A stretch of DNA of 64,000 nt from Alphaproteobacteria bacterium (GCA_965225945.1 CBDDBZ010000026.1:64001-128000); one strand, 5' to 3'; shown: positions 20,507-30,607, counted from the first letter of the stretch. A program made the numbers and translations. Notes: generated by a model from the letters alone, not told the origin.

Positions 20507-21721
20507 TCATGCTGCCGTGGCCCTGGCCAGGGGCCGTGCACGGGGCGGGGCGCGTGGTTGGGCGCCGGCCTCGAAGCGCTCGATGACGATCATACGGCCG
20601 CCGCACTGCGGGCAGGGCTCTGAGAGGGACGGCGGTTCGGTATCATCGTCACTCGCGGCATCGTCGGCCTCACTCTCCGGTGCCGGCATGGCAAGCAGTT
20701 CGCGGGCAAGGGAGATGTTGCGGGTGCGACCGCCGTTGGCGAAGAGGCCGTAATGGCGGATGCGGTGAAAGCCCGAGGGCAGGACATGGAGGAGGAAGCG
20801 GCGGATGAACTCGGGCACGGCCAGGGGCAAGGTCTTGTAGCGCTCGCGTCCTTTGCGCCGGTAGTCCTTGTACTTGAAGATGACGCCTTGGCTGTCGCAG
20901 CTGACCAGGCGGCTGTTCGAGATGGCGACACGGTGGGTGTAGCGGGAGAGATAGGCGAGCACGGCCTCTGGTCCGCCGAAGGGCGGCTTGGCGTAGACGA
21001 CCCATTCTTGTTTGCGCATCGGTGCGAGGAAGACACGGAAGGCCGCCGGCTCGGCGAGGCTGGTGTGGTCGGTGAAGAACTTCAGGCGCCCTGCCTCGTG
21101 GGCGGCGAGGAGCTTCTCGATGAAGAGGCGGCGGAAGAGGCGCGAGAGCACGCGGACGGGCAGGAAGAAGCCGGGCCGGCAAGAGATCCAACTGCTACCG
21201 TCAGGTGAGATTCCGCCACCCGGCACGATCATGTGGATGTGGGGATGGTGGGTCATGGCCGAGCCCCAGGTGTGGAGCACGGCGGTGATGCCGATCTTGG
21301 CGCCGAGATGCTTGGGATCGGCGGCGATGGTGAGCATGGTCTCGGCGCTCGCCTTGAACAGGATATCGTAGATCACCGACTTGTTCTGATAGGCGATGTC
21401 GGCGATCGCCGCTGGCAGGGTGAAGACGAGATGGTAGTAGGGGACGGAGAGCAGTTCGGCCTCTCGCGCCGCCAGCCATTCGCGCGCGACCTGGCCTTGG
21501 CATTTGGGACAATGGCGGTTGCGACAGGAATTGTAGGCGATGTGGTTCTGCCCGCAGTCCTCGCAGGCCGCGACATGACCGCCGAGCGCGGCGGTGCGGC
21601 AACACTCGATCGCCGACATGACCTTCAGTTGGCCGAGGCTCAGACGACCGGCCCGGGCCCGACGGAAGCCGGGCCCGTGGTCGCGGAAGATGTCCTGGAC
21701 CTCGAGCGCGGGACGCGGCAC
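20507..21721 (-). CDS. IS91-family rolling-circle (HUH, Y2) transposase, intact
   Basis: Zn-binding SCRNRHCPKC, HUH motif HPHIH, YLSRY and RFLLHVLP.GF.RIRHYG. Confidence 0.93.
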   Translation of the reverse strand: MPRPALEVQDIFRDHGPGFRRARAGRLSLGQLKVMSAIECCRTAALGGHVAACEDCGQNHIAYNSCRNRHCPKCQGQVAREWLAAREAELLSVPYYHLVFTLPAAIADIAYQNKSVIYDILFKASAETMLTIAADPKHLGAKIGITAVLHTWGSAMTHHPHIHMIVPGGGISPDGSSWISCRPGFFLPVRVLSRLFRRLFIEKLLAAHEAGRLKFFTDHTSLAEPAAFRVFLAPMRKQEWVVYAKPPFGGPEAVLAYLSRYTHRVAISNSRLVSCDSQGVIFKYKDYRRKGRERYKTLPLAVPEFIRRFLLHVLPSGFHRIRHYGLFANGGRTRNISLARELLAMPAPESEADDAASDDDTEPPSLSEPCPQCGGRMIVIERFEAGAQPRAPPRARPLARATAA

Positions 21722-22569
21722 CGAGGCCGCCGGCTCACTTCGGCGGCTTGCGCTTGGTCTTGGGCGTCGGCGGCTCGAGCAGGTCCAGTGGGCTCTTGGC
21801 GCGCCGCAAGGTGGTGCTGGCGACCTGGGTGTAGTGAGCCGTGGTCTCCAGCTTCTTGTGCCCCAGTAGAACCTGGATCACGCGGATGTCGACGCCCTGT
21901 TCGAGGAGATGGGTGGCGAAGCAGTGGCGCAGCGTGTGAAGCGAGATCCGCTTCTCGATCCCCGCCCCCGCCTTGGCGCCATCGAGGGCGCGACGGAGCT
22001 GGCGGGTGGTCAACGGGTTGACCGGGTTCTGGCCTGGAAACAGCCAACCGCCGGGCAGCATCACGCCGCGGGCGCGGCCAAGCAACCACCAGACCCTGAG
22101 CTGCTCGACGGCGCGATCCGAGAGCATGGCGTAGCGATCTCGGCGGCCCTTACCTTGCTCGATGCGAAGCGTCTTGCGGTTGCTGTCGATGTCCGGGACC
22201 TTGAGATGGACCACCTCCGAAGCGCGCAGGCCGGCGCCATAGGCCAGCGAAAAGGCCGCCTTGTATTTGGGACCGGGGGCGGCATCGAGAAGCCGCGCCA
22301 TTTCCTCGACGCTCAGGATCACCGGCAGCTTGCGCGGCATTGCCACCGTCGTCATGCCGATCTCAGCGTCGCCTCGGCCGAGCGTGACGCCGAAGAAGAA
22401 CCGCAATGCCGAGACCGCCGCGTTCATCGTCGTCGCCGATGCGCCTGCTTTGCGCATATGCACTTGATAGCGCCTGAGATCCTCCGCCTCCGCCCGATCC
22501 GGAGAGCGTGCGAGAAAGTCGGAATGAGTCGGACCCGATTTCCTTGGACACAGAATTGGCTTAATCGAA

Positions 22570-23001
22570 GTGTCCAAGGAGGACCGGAACATGACCGACA
22601 ATTTTGAGAACAAAGTTGCTGTTGATGGGCCTGTGGTAAACGAGGGCGAGCTTGGCTCGTCCACGTTTTCCCCGGGCCAGGTTTCGCCGGCAGGCCCGCT
22701 GGGACTTGGCCAGCGGTGGACGGTGACGCGCAAGCGTGAGGTTGCCCTGCGGCTTTTGCGTGGCGAGCCGGTGGAACTTTTGTCGCGGCAGTTGGGCGTG
22801 GAGATTTTCCGGCTCGAGCAGTGGCGTGAGAAGGCGATCGCCGGGATCGATGCCTCGCTCAAGGAACGCAAGGGCGATCCGGTAAAGGCGGAACTGGACA
22901 TCGCCATGAAGCGGATCGGGGAGTTGATCATGCAGGTGGAACTGCTGGAGGCCAAGACGGAGACGTCCGGCCCTTTGGGGCGGCGGAGGTCGCGGCGATG
23001 A
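22570..23001 (+). CDS. Transposase OrfA (HTH + coiled coil)
   Basis: RKREVALRLLRGEPVELLSRQLGV HTH; overlaps OrfB by ATGA. Confidence 0.8.
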   Translation: MSKEDRNMTDNFENKVAVDGPVVNEGELGSSTFSPGQVSPAGPLGLGQRWTVTRKREVALRLLRGEPVELLSRQLGVEIFRLEQWREKAIAGIDASLKERKGDPVKAELDIAMKRIGELIMQVELLEAKTETSGPLGRRRSRR

Positions 23002-23909
23002 GTGCCGCCACCTCTCCCGGCACGGGTTTGGCCTACGGCCTCCAGCGGGTCTGTGCGGCCTGGGGTTTTGCCCGTTCCTCGTTCTACGCCATGAAATCCC
23101 GGCAGCAGGCCACCGCTGAGCGCCCACCAGCAAAGCGCCGGGGACCGAAGCCCTCGATCTCGGACGAGGCTCTGCTGGTGGCCATCGAGGCCGACCTGGA
23201 GGCATCCCCCTGGGAGGGCGAGGGACACCGCAAGGTCTGGGCTCGGCTTCGGGTCTGTCGTGGCATCCGTGTTTCCCGCAAGCGGGTGCTCCGGGTGATG
23301 CGCGAGAACAACCTGCTCTCGCCCCATCGCTGCCGCCGCCGTGGCGGAAATCCCCATGTCGGTGAGATCATCACCCATGCCCCCAACCTCATGTGGGGCA
23401 CGGACGGCGTTCGGGTGTTCACGGTGGACGACGGCTGGGGCTGGATATTCACCGCCATCGAGCATTGGAACGCCGAGTGCGTCGGCTGGCATGTGTGCAA
23501 GCGAGGCGACCGCTTCGCCGCCCTTCAGCCGATCTCCATGGGGCTTGCGAGGCTGTATGCCTCGACCTCCGCCGGTGCGGCGCGGGGGCTGGCCTTGCGG
23601 ATGGATCACGGCTCCCAGTATCTGTCGGACCACTTCACCAACCAGATCAAGTTCTGGGGCATCCAGCCGTCCTACGCCTTCGTCGAACAGCCCCAGACCA
23701 ACGGCGTCGCCGAGAGGTTCAATCGCACGCTCAAGGAACAGATCATCCATGGCCGCATCTACCGCAACATCGCGGAGCTGCGGAACGCCGTCCGCGGGTT
23801 CGTCGAACAGTACAATGCCCAGTGGATCGTGGAGAAGAACGGCTACCTGAGCCCCGCTCAAGCTCGTCAGGCGTGGCACACCGCGATGTCACTCAGGCCC
23901 GCCGCATGA
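22998..23909 (+). CDS. Transposase OrfB (rve/DDE)
   Basis: Motifs WGTD, RMDHGSQY and NGVAERFNRTLKE. Confidence 0.92.
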   Translation: MSAATSPGTGLAYGLQRVCAAWGFARSSFYAMKSRQQATAERPPAKRRGPKPSISDEALLVAIEADLEASPWEGEGHRKVWARLRVCRGIRVSRKRVLRVMRENNLLSPHRCRRRGGNPHVGEIITHAPNLMWGTDGVRVFTVDDGWGWIFTAIEHWNAECVGWHVCKRGDRFAALQPISMGLARLYASTSAGAARGLALRMDHGSQYLSDHFTNQIKFWGIQPSYAFVEQPQTNGVAERFNRTLKEQIIHGRIYRNIAELRNAVRGFVEQYNAQWIVEKNGYLSPAQARQAWHTAMSLRPAA

Positions 23910-24347
23910 GACAAACTTGTGTCCAAGGAACCGGGTGCGATACACGAGAAAGTCGGAAAAGCCGGCCACCGCACTGATGTAGCCGCGCTGCGTGTTGGCA
24001 CTGAAGCCGCGAAGCACCATGTCGTCGATCATGCGCTGGCGCAGCGGGCTGATGGTCTTGTCACTATCGGTCATGGGTCTGCTCCCGTGTTGCGTGAGCT
24101 TCGGAACTCCAAACCTCAACTCAGGATCGACCCATCCGTTACGCCACCGACCTCACCGCCCGGCACCACGAACTACCGCTGAAAGCGGTTTCGTTCTATG
24201 TCCTCGTAGCCGACCAAGAAGGGTCTCTGGCGGCGGCGAGATCGCCGGTGACACCCGGCGGCCTGCGCGTTATGGTCCGTCCCTTGGACTCCATCAACCC
24301 CGGGGCGTAAACTCGTGCCAACCTGACCGAATTAGGAGAGTACCCCC

Positions 24348-24542
24348 GTGGCCGAACGCGAAGTACTACGGAAACTCACAGCAATCCTTGCCACCGATGT
24401 AGTCGGCTACAGCCGGCTCATGGAGGCGGACGTGCCCGGCACGCTCGCCCAGATGAAGGCGCACCGGCTGGAACGGCTCGCCAGGCCGCCGCCGCTCGCG
24501 GTAGCATCTCGGCAGACTGCCTGTGAGAGGTCGGGACGTTGA
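24348..24542 (+). pseudogene. Truncated N-terminus of adenylate/guanylate cyclase
   Basis: RKLTAILATDVVGYSRLMEAD, after which similarity to the family ends. Confidence 0.75.
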
Positions 24543-24755
24543 TCTCGCCAGCGTTGGCCCATGGCACGAGTGGCGATGGCTCGGTGGGGGGCTTCGGGCC
24601 ACTGATTCTGCTAGCGGTTGCTATCGTGTTCGTCCTTGTCTTCGTGGTCGAGGCGAAGTGGCGCAGGCGCAAGCAAAGGCGCGATCGCAGTGGTATTTTG
24701 CGGGATCGCTGAGCGCCTCGATGCGCGCAGCAACCTCGCGAATCAATCTACCTTA

Positions 24756-25833
24756 CGTCCCTATCCGGTTAAGGCAGGCAGCGCTCCCTGCGATTGTATA
24801 CCGTCGACCAGTTCCCTGTAGGTGATGGTCGGTCGGGTCATGGCGCGGTGCAACACGAAATCGGCAAGGTCGAAGATGCGTTTGCGCCGGTTGAAGCGGT
24901 AGTTCCATTCCCGGACGTAGCGCGGCAAATGCTTGGCGCTCACCCCGTGGTAGGTTCCGTTGAGCCACGTCTTCACGTTGGAAAACAGGACATGGACGAC
25001 CGGCATGAGCTGCTCGGCGTTCTTGCCTTGGCCTTGAACGACGGGCTGGTGGCGATAAGTATCGCCAAGCTTGGCGTAACTCTTGAAAGCGTCGCTGTCG
25101 AGGCGGCTTCCCGGCTTCACCGAGGCGCGCACGAAGTCGCCCAACTCACGGGCGGTGGCCTCGGGCAGGATGGCGAGCCGCGCGGCGCCGGCGGCGAAGC
25201 CGCTCCCCTTGATGCCCTTGCCCGACCCGACCGGCCACTTCTCGACCGCCATCACCAACAGGCTCTTGTTCGGGTTGGAAAGCCCGCGCCCCCGGCTCTC
25301 CGGCTTGCCCCGCCCGCCGTAATAGCTCTCGTCGACCTCGACCAAGCCCTCCAGCGGGAACTCCGGGCGCTCCGTCAGGGCATGGCGCAGCTTGTGGGCC
25401 ATCAGCCAGGCGGTGTCGTAGCGCAGGCTCAACTCTCGCGACAGAAACAGCGCCGAGACCCCGCGCTTGTCGCGCCCCATCCACCACGCCGCCAGGAACC
25501 ATTTGCGCAACGGTGTGCGGGTGCGGTGGAAGACCGTGCCCGCGGTCACCGATTCCTGATGGCCGCAACCGGCGCATTCGAAGACCCGCGGCCGCGTCTT
25601 CAATTGGTAGTTCCGCCTCTCGCCGCAACGCGCGCAGACGTAGCCTTGCGGCCAGCGCAGCCGAGCCAGCGCCTCGATGCAGTCCGCCTCCGATCCATGG
25701 CGTTCGAGGAACTCCAATATCCCGCTCATCGAATAGTCCTCCAAAAGCTCCAGCCGATGCGATCAGCCTACACCTCTATGGAGAACATATCAAGAACATT
25801 CGGAGCCCATCCTGCTTTGACCAGATAGGGACG
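24756..25833 (-). mobile_element. IS1595-family element B (1078 bp), apparently intact
   Basis: TIRs CGTCCCTATCCGGTTAAGGCAGG and CGTCCCTATCTGGTCAAAGCAGG; 8-bp TSD CTACCTTA at 24748-24755 and 25834-25841. Confidence 0.93.
24761..25744 (-). CDS. IS1595-family transposase
   Basis: Zn ribbon CARC..CAGC; EVDESY, SDAF and KHLPRYVREWNYRFNRR. Confidence 0.92.
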   Translation of the reverse strand: MEDYSMSGILEFLERHGSEADCIEALARLRWPQGYVCARCGERRNYQLKTRPRVFECAGCGHQESVTAGTVFHRTRTPLRKWFLAAWWMGRDKRGVSALFLSRELSLRYDTAWLMAHKLRHALTERPEFPLEGLVEVDESYYGGRGKPESRGRGLSNPNKSLLVMAVEKWPVGSGKGIKGSGFAAGAARLAILPEATARELGDFVRASVKPGSRLDSDAFKSYAKLGDTYRHQPVVQGQGKNAEQLMPVVHVLFSNVKTWLNGTYHGVSAKHLPRYVREWNYRFNRRKRIFDLADFVLHRAMTRPTITYRELVDGIQSQGALPALTG

Positions 25834-26002
25834 CTACCTTATATGAAGGTTAGCCAGGACAAGGAGGCCTGCCATGACACGTGGGGGCGGCAGACACCGA
25901 CCGAGCAGCGGCCCTTTCATTCGAAGTGAATGCTGTCCAGCCATAGGGTTCGAAGGAGAGATAGTTGGCCGAAACACCGGCCGCGTGGGATTGAGCAACC
26001 TG

Positions 26003-27422
26003 TGTATCGCACCCGGTTCCTTGGACACAAGTTTGTCTCATGCGGCGGGCCTGAGTGACATCGCGGTGTGCCACGCCTGACGAGCTTGAGCGGGGCTCAG
26101 GTAGCCGTTCTTCTCCACGATCCACTGGGCATTGTACTGTTCGACGAACCCGCGGACGGCGTTCCGCAGCTCCGCGATGTTGCGGTAGATGCGGCCATGG
26201 ATGATCTGTTCCTTGAGCGTGCGATTGAACCTCTCGGCGACGCCGTTGGTCTGGGGCTGTTCGACGAAGGCGTAGGACGGCTGGATGCCCCAGAACTTGA
26301 TCTGGTTGGTGAAGTGGTCCGACAGATACTGGGAGCCGTGATCCATCCGCAAGGCCAGCCCCCGCGCCGCACCGGCGGAGGTCGAGGCATACAGCCTCGC
26401 AAGCCCCATGGAGATCGGCTGAAGGGCGGCGAAGCGGTCGCCTCGCTTGCACACATGCCAGCCGACGCACTCGGCGTTCCAATGCTCGATGGCGGTGAAT
26501 ATCCAGCCCCAGCCGTCGTCCACCGTGAACACCCGAACGCCGTCCGTGCCCCACATGAGGTTGGGGGCATGGGTGATGATCTCACCGACATGGGGATTTC
26601 CGCCACGGCGGCGGCAGCGATGGGGCGAGAGCAGGTTGTTCTCGCGCATCACCCGGAGCACCCGCTTGCGGGAAACACGGATGCCACGACAGACCCGAAG
26701 CCGAGCCCAGACCTTGCGGTGTCCCTCGCCCTCCCAGGGGGATGCCTCCAGGTCGGCCTCGATGGCCACCAGCAGAGCCTCGTCCGAGATCGAGGGTTTC
26801 GGTCCCCGGCGCTTTGCTGGTGGGCGCTCAGCGGTGGCCTGCTGCCGGGATTTCATGGCGTAGAACGAGGAACGGGCAAAACCCCAGGCCGCACAGACCC
26901 GCTGGAGGCCGTAGGCCAAACCCGTGCCGGGAGAGGTGGCGGCACTCATCGCCGCGACCTCCGCCGCCCCAAAGGGCCGGACGTCTCCGTCTTGGCCTCC
27001 AGCAGTTCCACCTGCATGATCAACTCCCCGATCCGCTTCATGGCGATGTCCAGTTCCGCCTTTACCGGATCGCCCTTGCGTTCCTTGAGCGAGGCATCGA
27101 TCCCGGCGATCGCCTTCTCACGCCACTGCTCGAGCCGGAAAATCTCCACGCCCAACTGCCGCGACAAAAGTTCCACCGGCTCGCCACGCAAAAGCCGCAG
27201 GGCAACCTCACGCTTGCGCGTCACCGTCCACCGCTGGCCAAGTCCCAGCGGGCCTGCCGGCGAAACCTGGCCCGGGGAAAACGTGGACGAGCCAAGCTCG
27301 CCCTCGTTTACCACAGGCCCATCAACAGCAACTTTGTTCTCAAAATTGTCGGTCATGTTCCGGTCCTCCTTGGACACTTCGATTAAGCCAATTCTGTGTC
27401 CAAGGAAATTGGGTCCGACTCA
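26003..27422 (-). mobile_element. IS3/IS481-like element, copy 2 (OrfA 26946-27377, OrfB 26038-26949)
   Basis: Reverse copy of 22525-23944; 14-bp TSD GATTGAGCAACCTG at 25989-26002 and 27423-27436. Confidence 0.92.
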
Positions 27423-27472
27423 GATTGAGCAACCTGATGTGTGCAAATTCGGAACGCCGTTGATCAGTCATC

Positions 27473-28227
27473 CTTGCCTATCCGGTTATCACCCACACCC
27501 ACTATATGTAGTGGGCACCCATTTTCCTGAGTAAAGCTCGGTGCAGGTCGAAGCGGAGATATCTCCGGCGATGCCGAGCAGGGACTCGGACGGCATTGTA
27601 GCGCCTTTTAGGCGACACTTTAGCGTGGTGGAAATCCTAATCATTGAGTCGGATTTGGCAAAACGCCACGTTGCATAAAGGACCGTCACTTCATTGAAAT
27701 TTATCTGAAATCGGAGGTGAACGACACCGATGGAATATTCCAGGAAATCAGAGCTTCATTGAATTGTAGGATTCGAGTGCCGGATTATTCACAAATAGCT
27801 CTGTGAACTGGTTTTCAAGTTCGCTCAATACGTCATATGAAGTAAACGGATTGAGGATCACGTTCTTGCGTGTCGCTTCGTCTTCGCTGCGACTCAAAAC
27901 GCGCAGGAGACTAACAGGCGCGGACGGGTTCTTCGCAACGATTCGTGCCAGCGCGTCGCTTTCTTCGACTAGTGCCGTCAATCGCTCAGACGATGTCGTT
28001 TCATCAGCAGCTTCCCGTCTGGCCGTGGGTTTCTTCGTTTTTCCCTTGGTCGCCACCGTTCCGTCCCCCGATGTTAAGTACGTGACGTGAATTAAACTCC
28101 GGTTCGGTTTTCAGAACAATCAAGAATTAGCCGGATCGCCTCCTCAATGCGCCTGCGCCGGCCCTTGCCTGCAGTCCAAGGAGACACACTACATATAGTG
28201 GGTGTGGGTGATAACCGGATAGGCAAG
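27473..28227. mobile_element. 755-bp non-autonomous TIR cassette, copy 1
   Basis: TIR CTTGCCTATCCGGTTATCACCCACACCCACTATATGTAGTG; 8-bp TSD CAGTCATC at 27465-27472 and 28228-28235; no transposase. Confidence 0.93.
27748..28056 (-). CDS. Passenger protein with LRV/HEAT-like repeats (102 aa)
   Basis: GGGGGA upstream of the GTG start. VAKNPSAPVSLLRVLS..EDEATRKNVILNP resembles leucine-rich-variant repeats. Identical in copy 2. Confidence 0.6.
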   Translation of the reverse strand: MATKGKTKKPTARREAADETTSSERLTALVEESDALARIVAKNPSAPVSLLRVLSRSEDEATRKNVILNPFTSYDVLSELENQFTELFVNNPALESYNSMKL

Positions 28228-29438
28228 CAGTCATCCTCTGCTTTCCAAGTGATGTAGGGTTTTTCGGTGGTTTCCCATTTCTCGTCGATTTCGACGAGGA
28301 TGGCGGTGACCAGACGTTCGAGCGAGGCCTCGTTGGGAAAGACCCTGACCTTTACGGTGCGGCGCTTGATCTCCTGCTGGATGGATCGCTCCATGGGGTT
28401 CGAGGTTCGCATGCGCTTTTGGTGGCGCTCGGGCAGGGCGAAGACGGCGAGGCCCTCGGGGATCGCCGTCTCCAGCCAATCGGCGAGCTTGGGGGCGCTA
28501 TCGCGGTAGGCCGCCACCAGATGGCCCAGCTCGGCCTCGGCGGCCTTGCCGTCGGCGGCGTTCCAGACCCGGCGCAGCTCCTTGCCGATGGCCTTTCGGA
28601 TGGCGAGGTTGGGGGCGTGATGGATGGCGTTTTGAGCCAGATGGTACTGACAGCGCTGCCAGACGGCGGCGCCGAGGACGGCCTTGCGCGCGGCGCCGAG
28701 GCCTGGATGATCATCGGAAACGATATAGGCGACACCGCGCATGCCACGGGCAACCAGGGTCTCCAGGAAGGCGCGCCAGTGCACTTCGGCCTCGGAGAGC
28801 GCACAGGAAACACCGAGCACCCGGCGGCGCTGGTCGGGGCCGATGCCGATCACCGAGAGCACGGCGGCGTCGCGCACCACGCCACCCTCTCGGACTTTCT
28901 CATAGCGCGCGTCGAGGAGCAGGTAGCGGATCTCGCCCAGCGGCCGGTTGCGCCAGGCATCCAGCTCCCCATCCAAGAGCTTGGCGGCGCGGCTGACCTG
29001 GCTCGACGACAGGCTCTCCAGGCCGAACTCGCGCATCACCGCCTCGGCGTCACGGGTGGAGACGCCTTTGATATACATCTCCGCCACGGCCAGCATGACA
29101 GCGCGGCAGGAGCGCCGTCCGCGCTCCAGGGCTTGGGGGTAAAAAGGCGCCTCATGACCGGCGGTCTTGGGAACCTCGAGCCTCACCGTACCGGCCGGGG
29201 TGTCGATCTTCTTGGGTCTGGTGCCGTTGGCGTATCCCCGCCGCTCGGGCGTGCGCTCATAGTGGCCGGCGCCCAAGAACCTCTCCCGCTCGATCCGCAT
29301 GGCGAGATTGAAAAGGCCGGCGAAGACCGTCGCCATGTTCTCGCTACCGCCTTCGATCAATTGTTCCACCAAAGCCTCGACAGCGCTATCCTGGTCTTTC
29401 CGCATACTGGTTCTCCATGTTTGTTTGGACGCTTTCAT
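28092..29438 (-). CDS. IS256 transposase with C-terminus extended into the cassette
   Basis: Matches 41557-42768 up to KAEDD (one substitution seen). The stop codon is lost at the cassette insertion, adding 45 aa. Confidence 0.88.
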   Translation of the reverse strand: MKASKQTWRTSMRKDQDSAVEALVEQLIEGGSENMATVFAGLFNLAMRIERERFLGAGHYERTPERRGYANGTRPKKIDTPAGTVRLEVPKTAGHEAPFYPQALERGRRSCRAVMLAVAEMYIKGVSTRDAEAVMREFGLESLSSSQVSRAAKLLDGELDAWRNRPLGEIRYLLLDARYEKVREGGVVRDAAVLSVIGIGPDQRRRVLGVSCALSEAEVHWRAFLETLVARGMRGVAYIVSDDHPGLGAARKAVLGAAVWQRCQYHLAQNAIHHAPNLAIRKAIGKELRRVWNAADGKAAEAELGHLVAAYRDSAPKLADWLETAIPEGLAVFALPERHQKRMRTSNPMERSIQQEIKRRTVKVRVFPNEASLERLVTAILVEIDEKWETTEKPYITWKAEDDCLPIRLSPTPTICSVSPWTAGKGRRRRIEEAIRLILDCSENRTGV

Positions 29439-29525
29439 GGATAACCAAAATGACGGATCGCCCCGCGCCGGGGTATACCCCGGCGCGGGGCGAAGCCAAA
29501 TTTCCAGACCTCACGCTACACAAGC

Positions 29526-29880
29526 CCGCGTGGCGGTGTCGGTCTCAGCCAGTGTGATAGGTGTGTTGGTGATGTTCGTCTTGGGAAACGGTTCTGCCGT
29601 CGCCCACCAGCAAGGAAACAAGCTGCACTTGGGGGATGCGCCACCGGACCAACAGGTCGAGGGCATCAGCTATTGCGACGGCATCTATCGAGTGATCACT
29701 AAGGAGGGCTCCCCAGTCGAGTATCCCGAGTTCGATCTTCGCTTCAAGACGGACGCGAGCCCGGACGGGCCTCCGCCGGGAACGCCAGTGGTCATAAATG
29801 CCGGTATGAAAGGGGACCGAGGTTTCGTCATCTTCTCTGCCCCCAGCGAGATCGGCGCCTTCATCAAGACCAAGTGTTAG
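29526..29880 (+). pseudogene. Exported protein whose 5' end (before 25988) is separated by IS256
   Basis: The frame rejoins across the TSD (GRNTGRV|AVSVSASVIGVLVMF), with a signal-like segment. The C-terminus recalls domains appended to some c-type cytochromes (recollection, unverified). Confidence 0.55.
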
Positions 29881-29914
29881 TGGATGCTGGCCCAGCAAAA
29901 CGCAGGATATCCCG

Positions 29915-30607
29915 ATGCGCTTGACGAGATCGTCAGTTGCCGCCCTGAGCCTCGCGCTGGTCACTGCTATCATCATGTCGGCAAGGGCTCATTCGCTGAA
30001 GGAGCTCGAAAGCCAACTAGATGACCGTGAGAAGTACTTCCAGCCGATCGACAAAGACGCGCCGGGTTTCGCGCTGCGGGATGCCGCCGGGCGCACAGTG
30101 CAGCTGGCCAATTTCCAGGACAAGGTCGTAGTCCTCCACTTCATCTATACAAGCTGTCCGGACGTCTGTCCGCTGCACGCCGACCGCATCGCCCAAATCC
30201 AGGAGATGGTCAATCAGACGCCGATGCGGGACCAGGTGCAGTTCGTCAGCATCACTACCGACCCTGAGAACGATACGGCCGATGTCCTGCGAACCTATGG
30301 TCCCGCGTACGGCCTGGACCCAGTGAACTGGGTGTTCCTGACAAGTGGCTCCGACCGTCCGTCGGCAACCCGCGAGCTTGCCGAACGTTACCGCCACAAG
30401 TTCACAAAGACCGAGGGCAGCTACCAGGTGCATGGGGTGGTCACGCACGTAATCGACCGCGAGGGACGTTGGCGGGCGAACTTCCACGGTCTTGAGTTCA
30501 ATCCGACAAATCTCGTCCTCTTCGTCAACGCTCTGGTCAACGATATACACAACGATCACGGAAATGAGGAGCAGTCCCTTTGGAACAAGCTTTGGAATCT
30601 ATTCTGA
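29915..30607 (+). CDS. SCO1/SenC family copper chaperone
   Basis: FIYTSCPDVCP CxxxC motif, SITTDPENDT and a conserved His. Confidence 0.9.
   Translation: MRLTRSSVAALSLALVTAIIMSARAHSLKELESQLDDREKYFQPIDKDAPGFALRDAAGRTVQLANFQDKVVVLHFIYTSCPDVCPLHADRIAQIQEMVNQTPMRDQVQFVSITTDPENDTADVLRTYGPAYGLDPVNWVFLTSGSDRPSATRELAERYRHKFTKTEGSYQVHGVVTHVIDREGRWRANFHGLEFNPTNLVLFVNALVNDIHNDHGNEEQSLWNKLWNLF

Larger units (their letters stand above)
22525..23944 (+). mobile_element. IS3/IS481-like element, copy 1 (1420 bp)
   Basis: TG...CA ends with imperfect TIR; 14-bp TSD CGAGAAAGTCGGAA at 22511-22524 and 23945-23958. Confidence 0.92.
21735..24074 (-). pseudogene. Tyrosine recombinase split by IS3/IS481-like insertion
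   Basis: Matches 14184-15089 on both sides of 22525-23944. Confidence 0.92.
20154..24196 (-). mobile_element. IS91-like element with tyrosine recombinase, copy 2 (recombinase interrupted)
   Basis: Same ends as copy 1; contains a nested IS3/IS481-like element. Confidence 0.9.
25989..29525 (-). mobile_element. IS256-family element type 1, copy A, containing a nested IS3-like element and the 755-bp cassette
   Basis: Ends match 41470-42809; 8-bp TSD CCGCGTGG at 25981-25988 and 29526-29533. Confidence 0.9.

Noticed and set aside
21735-23879. 714-aa ORF as a large recombinase
   Set aside because: It is the antisense frame of the IS3-like element joined to the recombinase C-terminus.
27489-27689. 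66-aa second ORF in the 755-bp cassette (also 62213-62413)
   Set aside because: No recognisable motif or clear ribosome-binding site, and it ends inside the TIR. It is unsupported, though not excluded.
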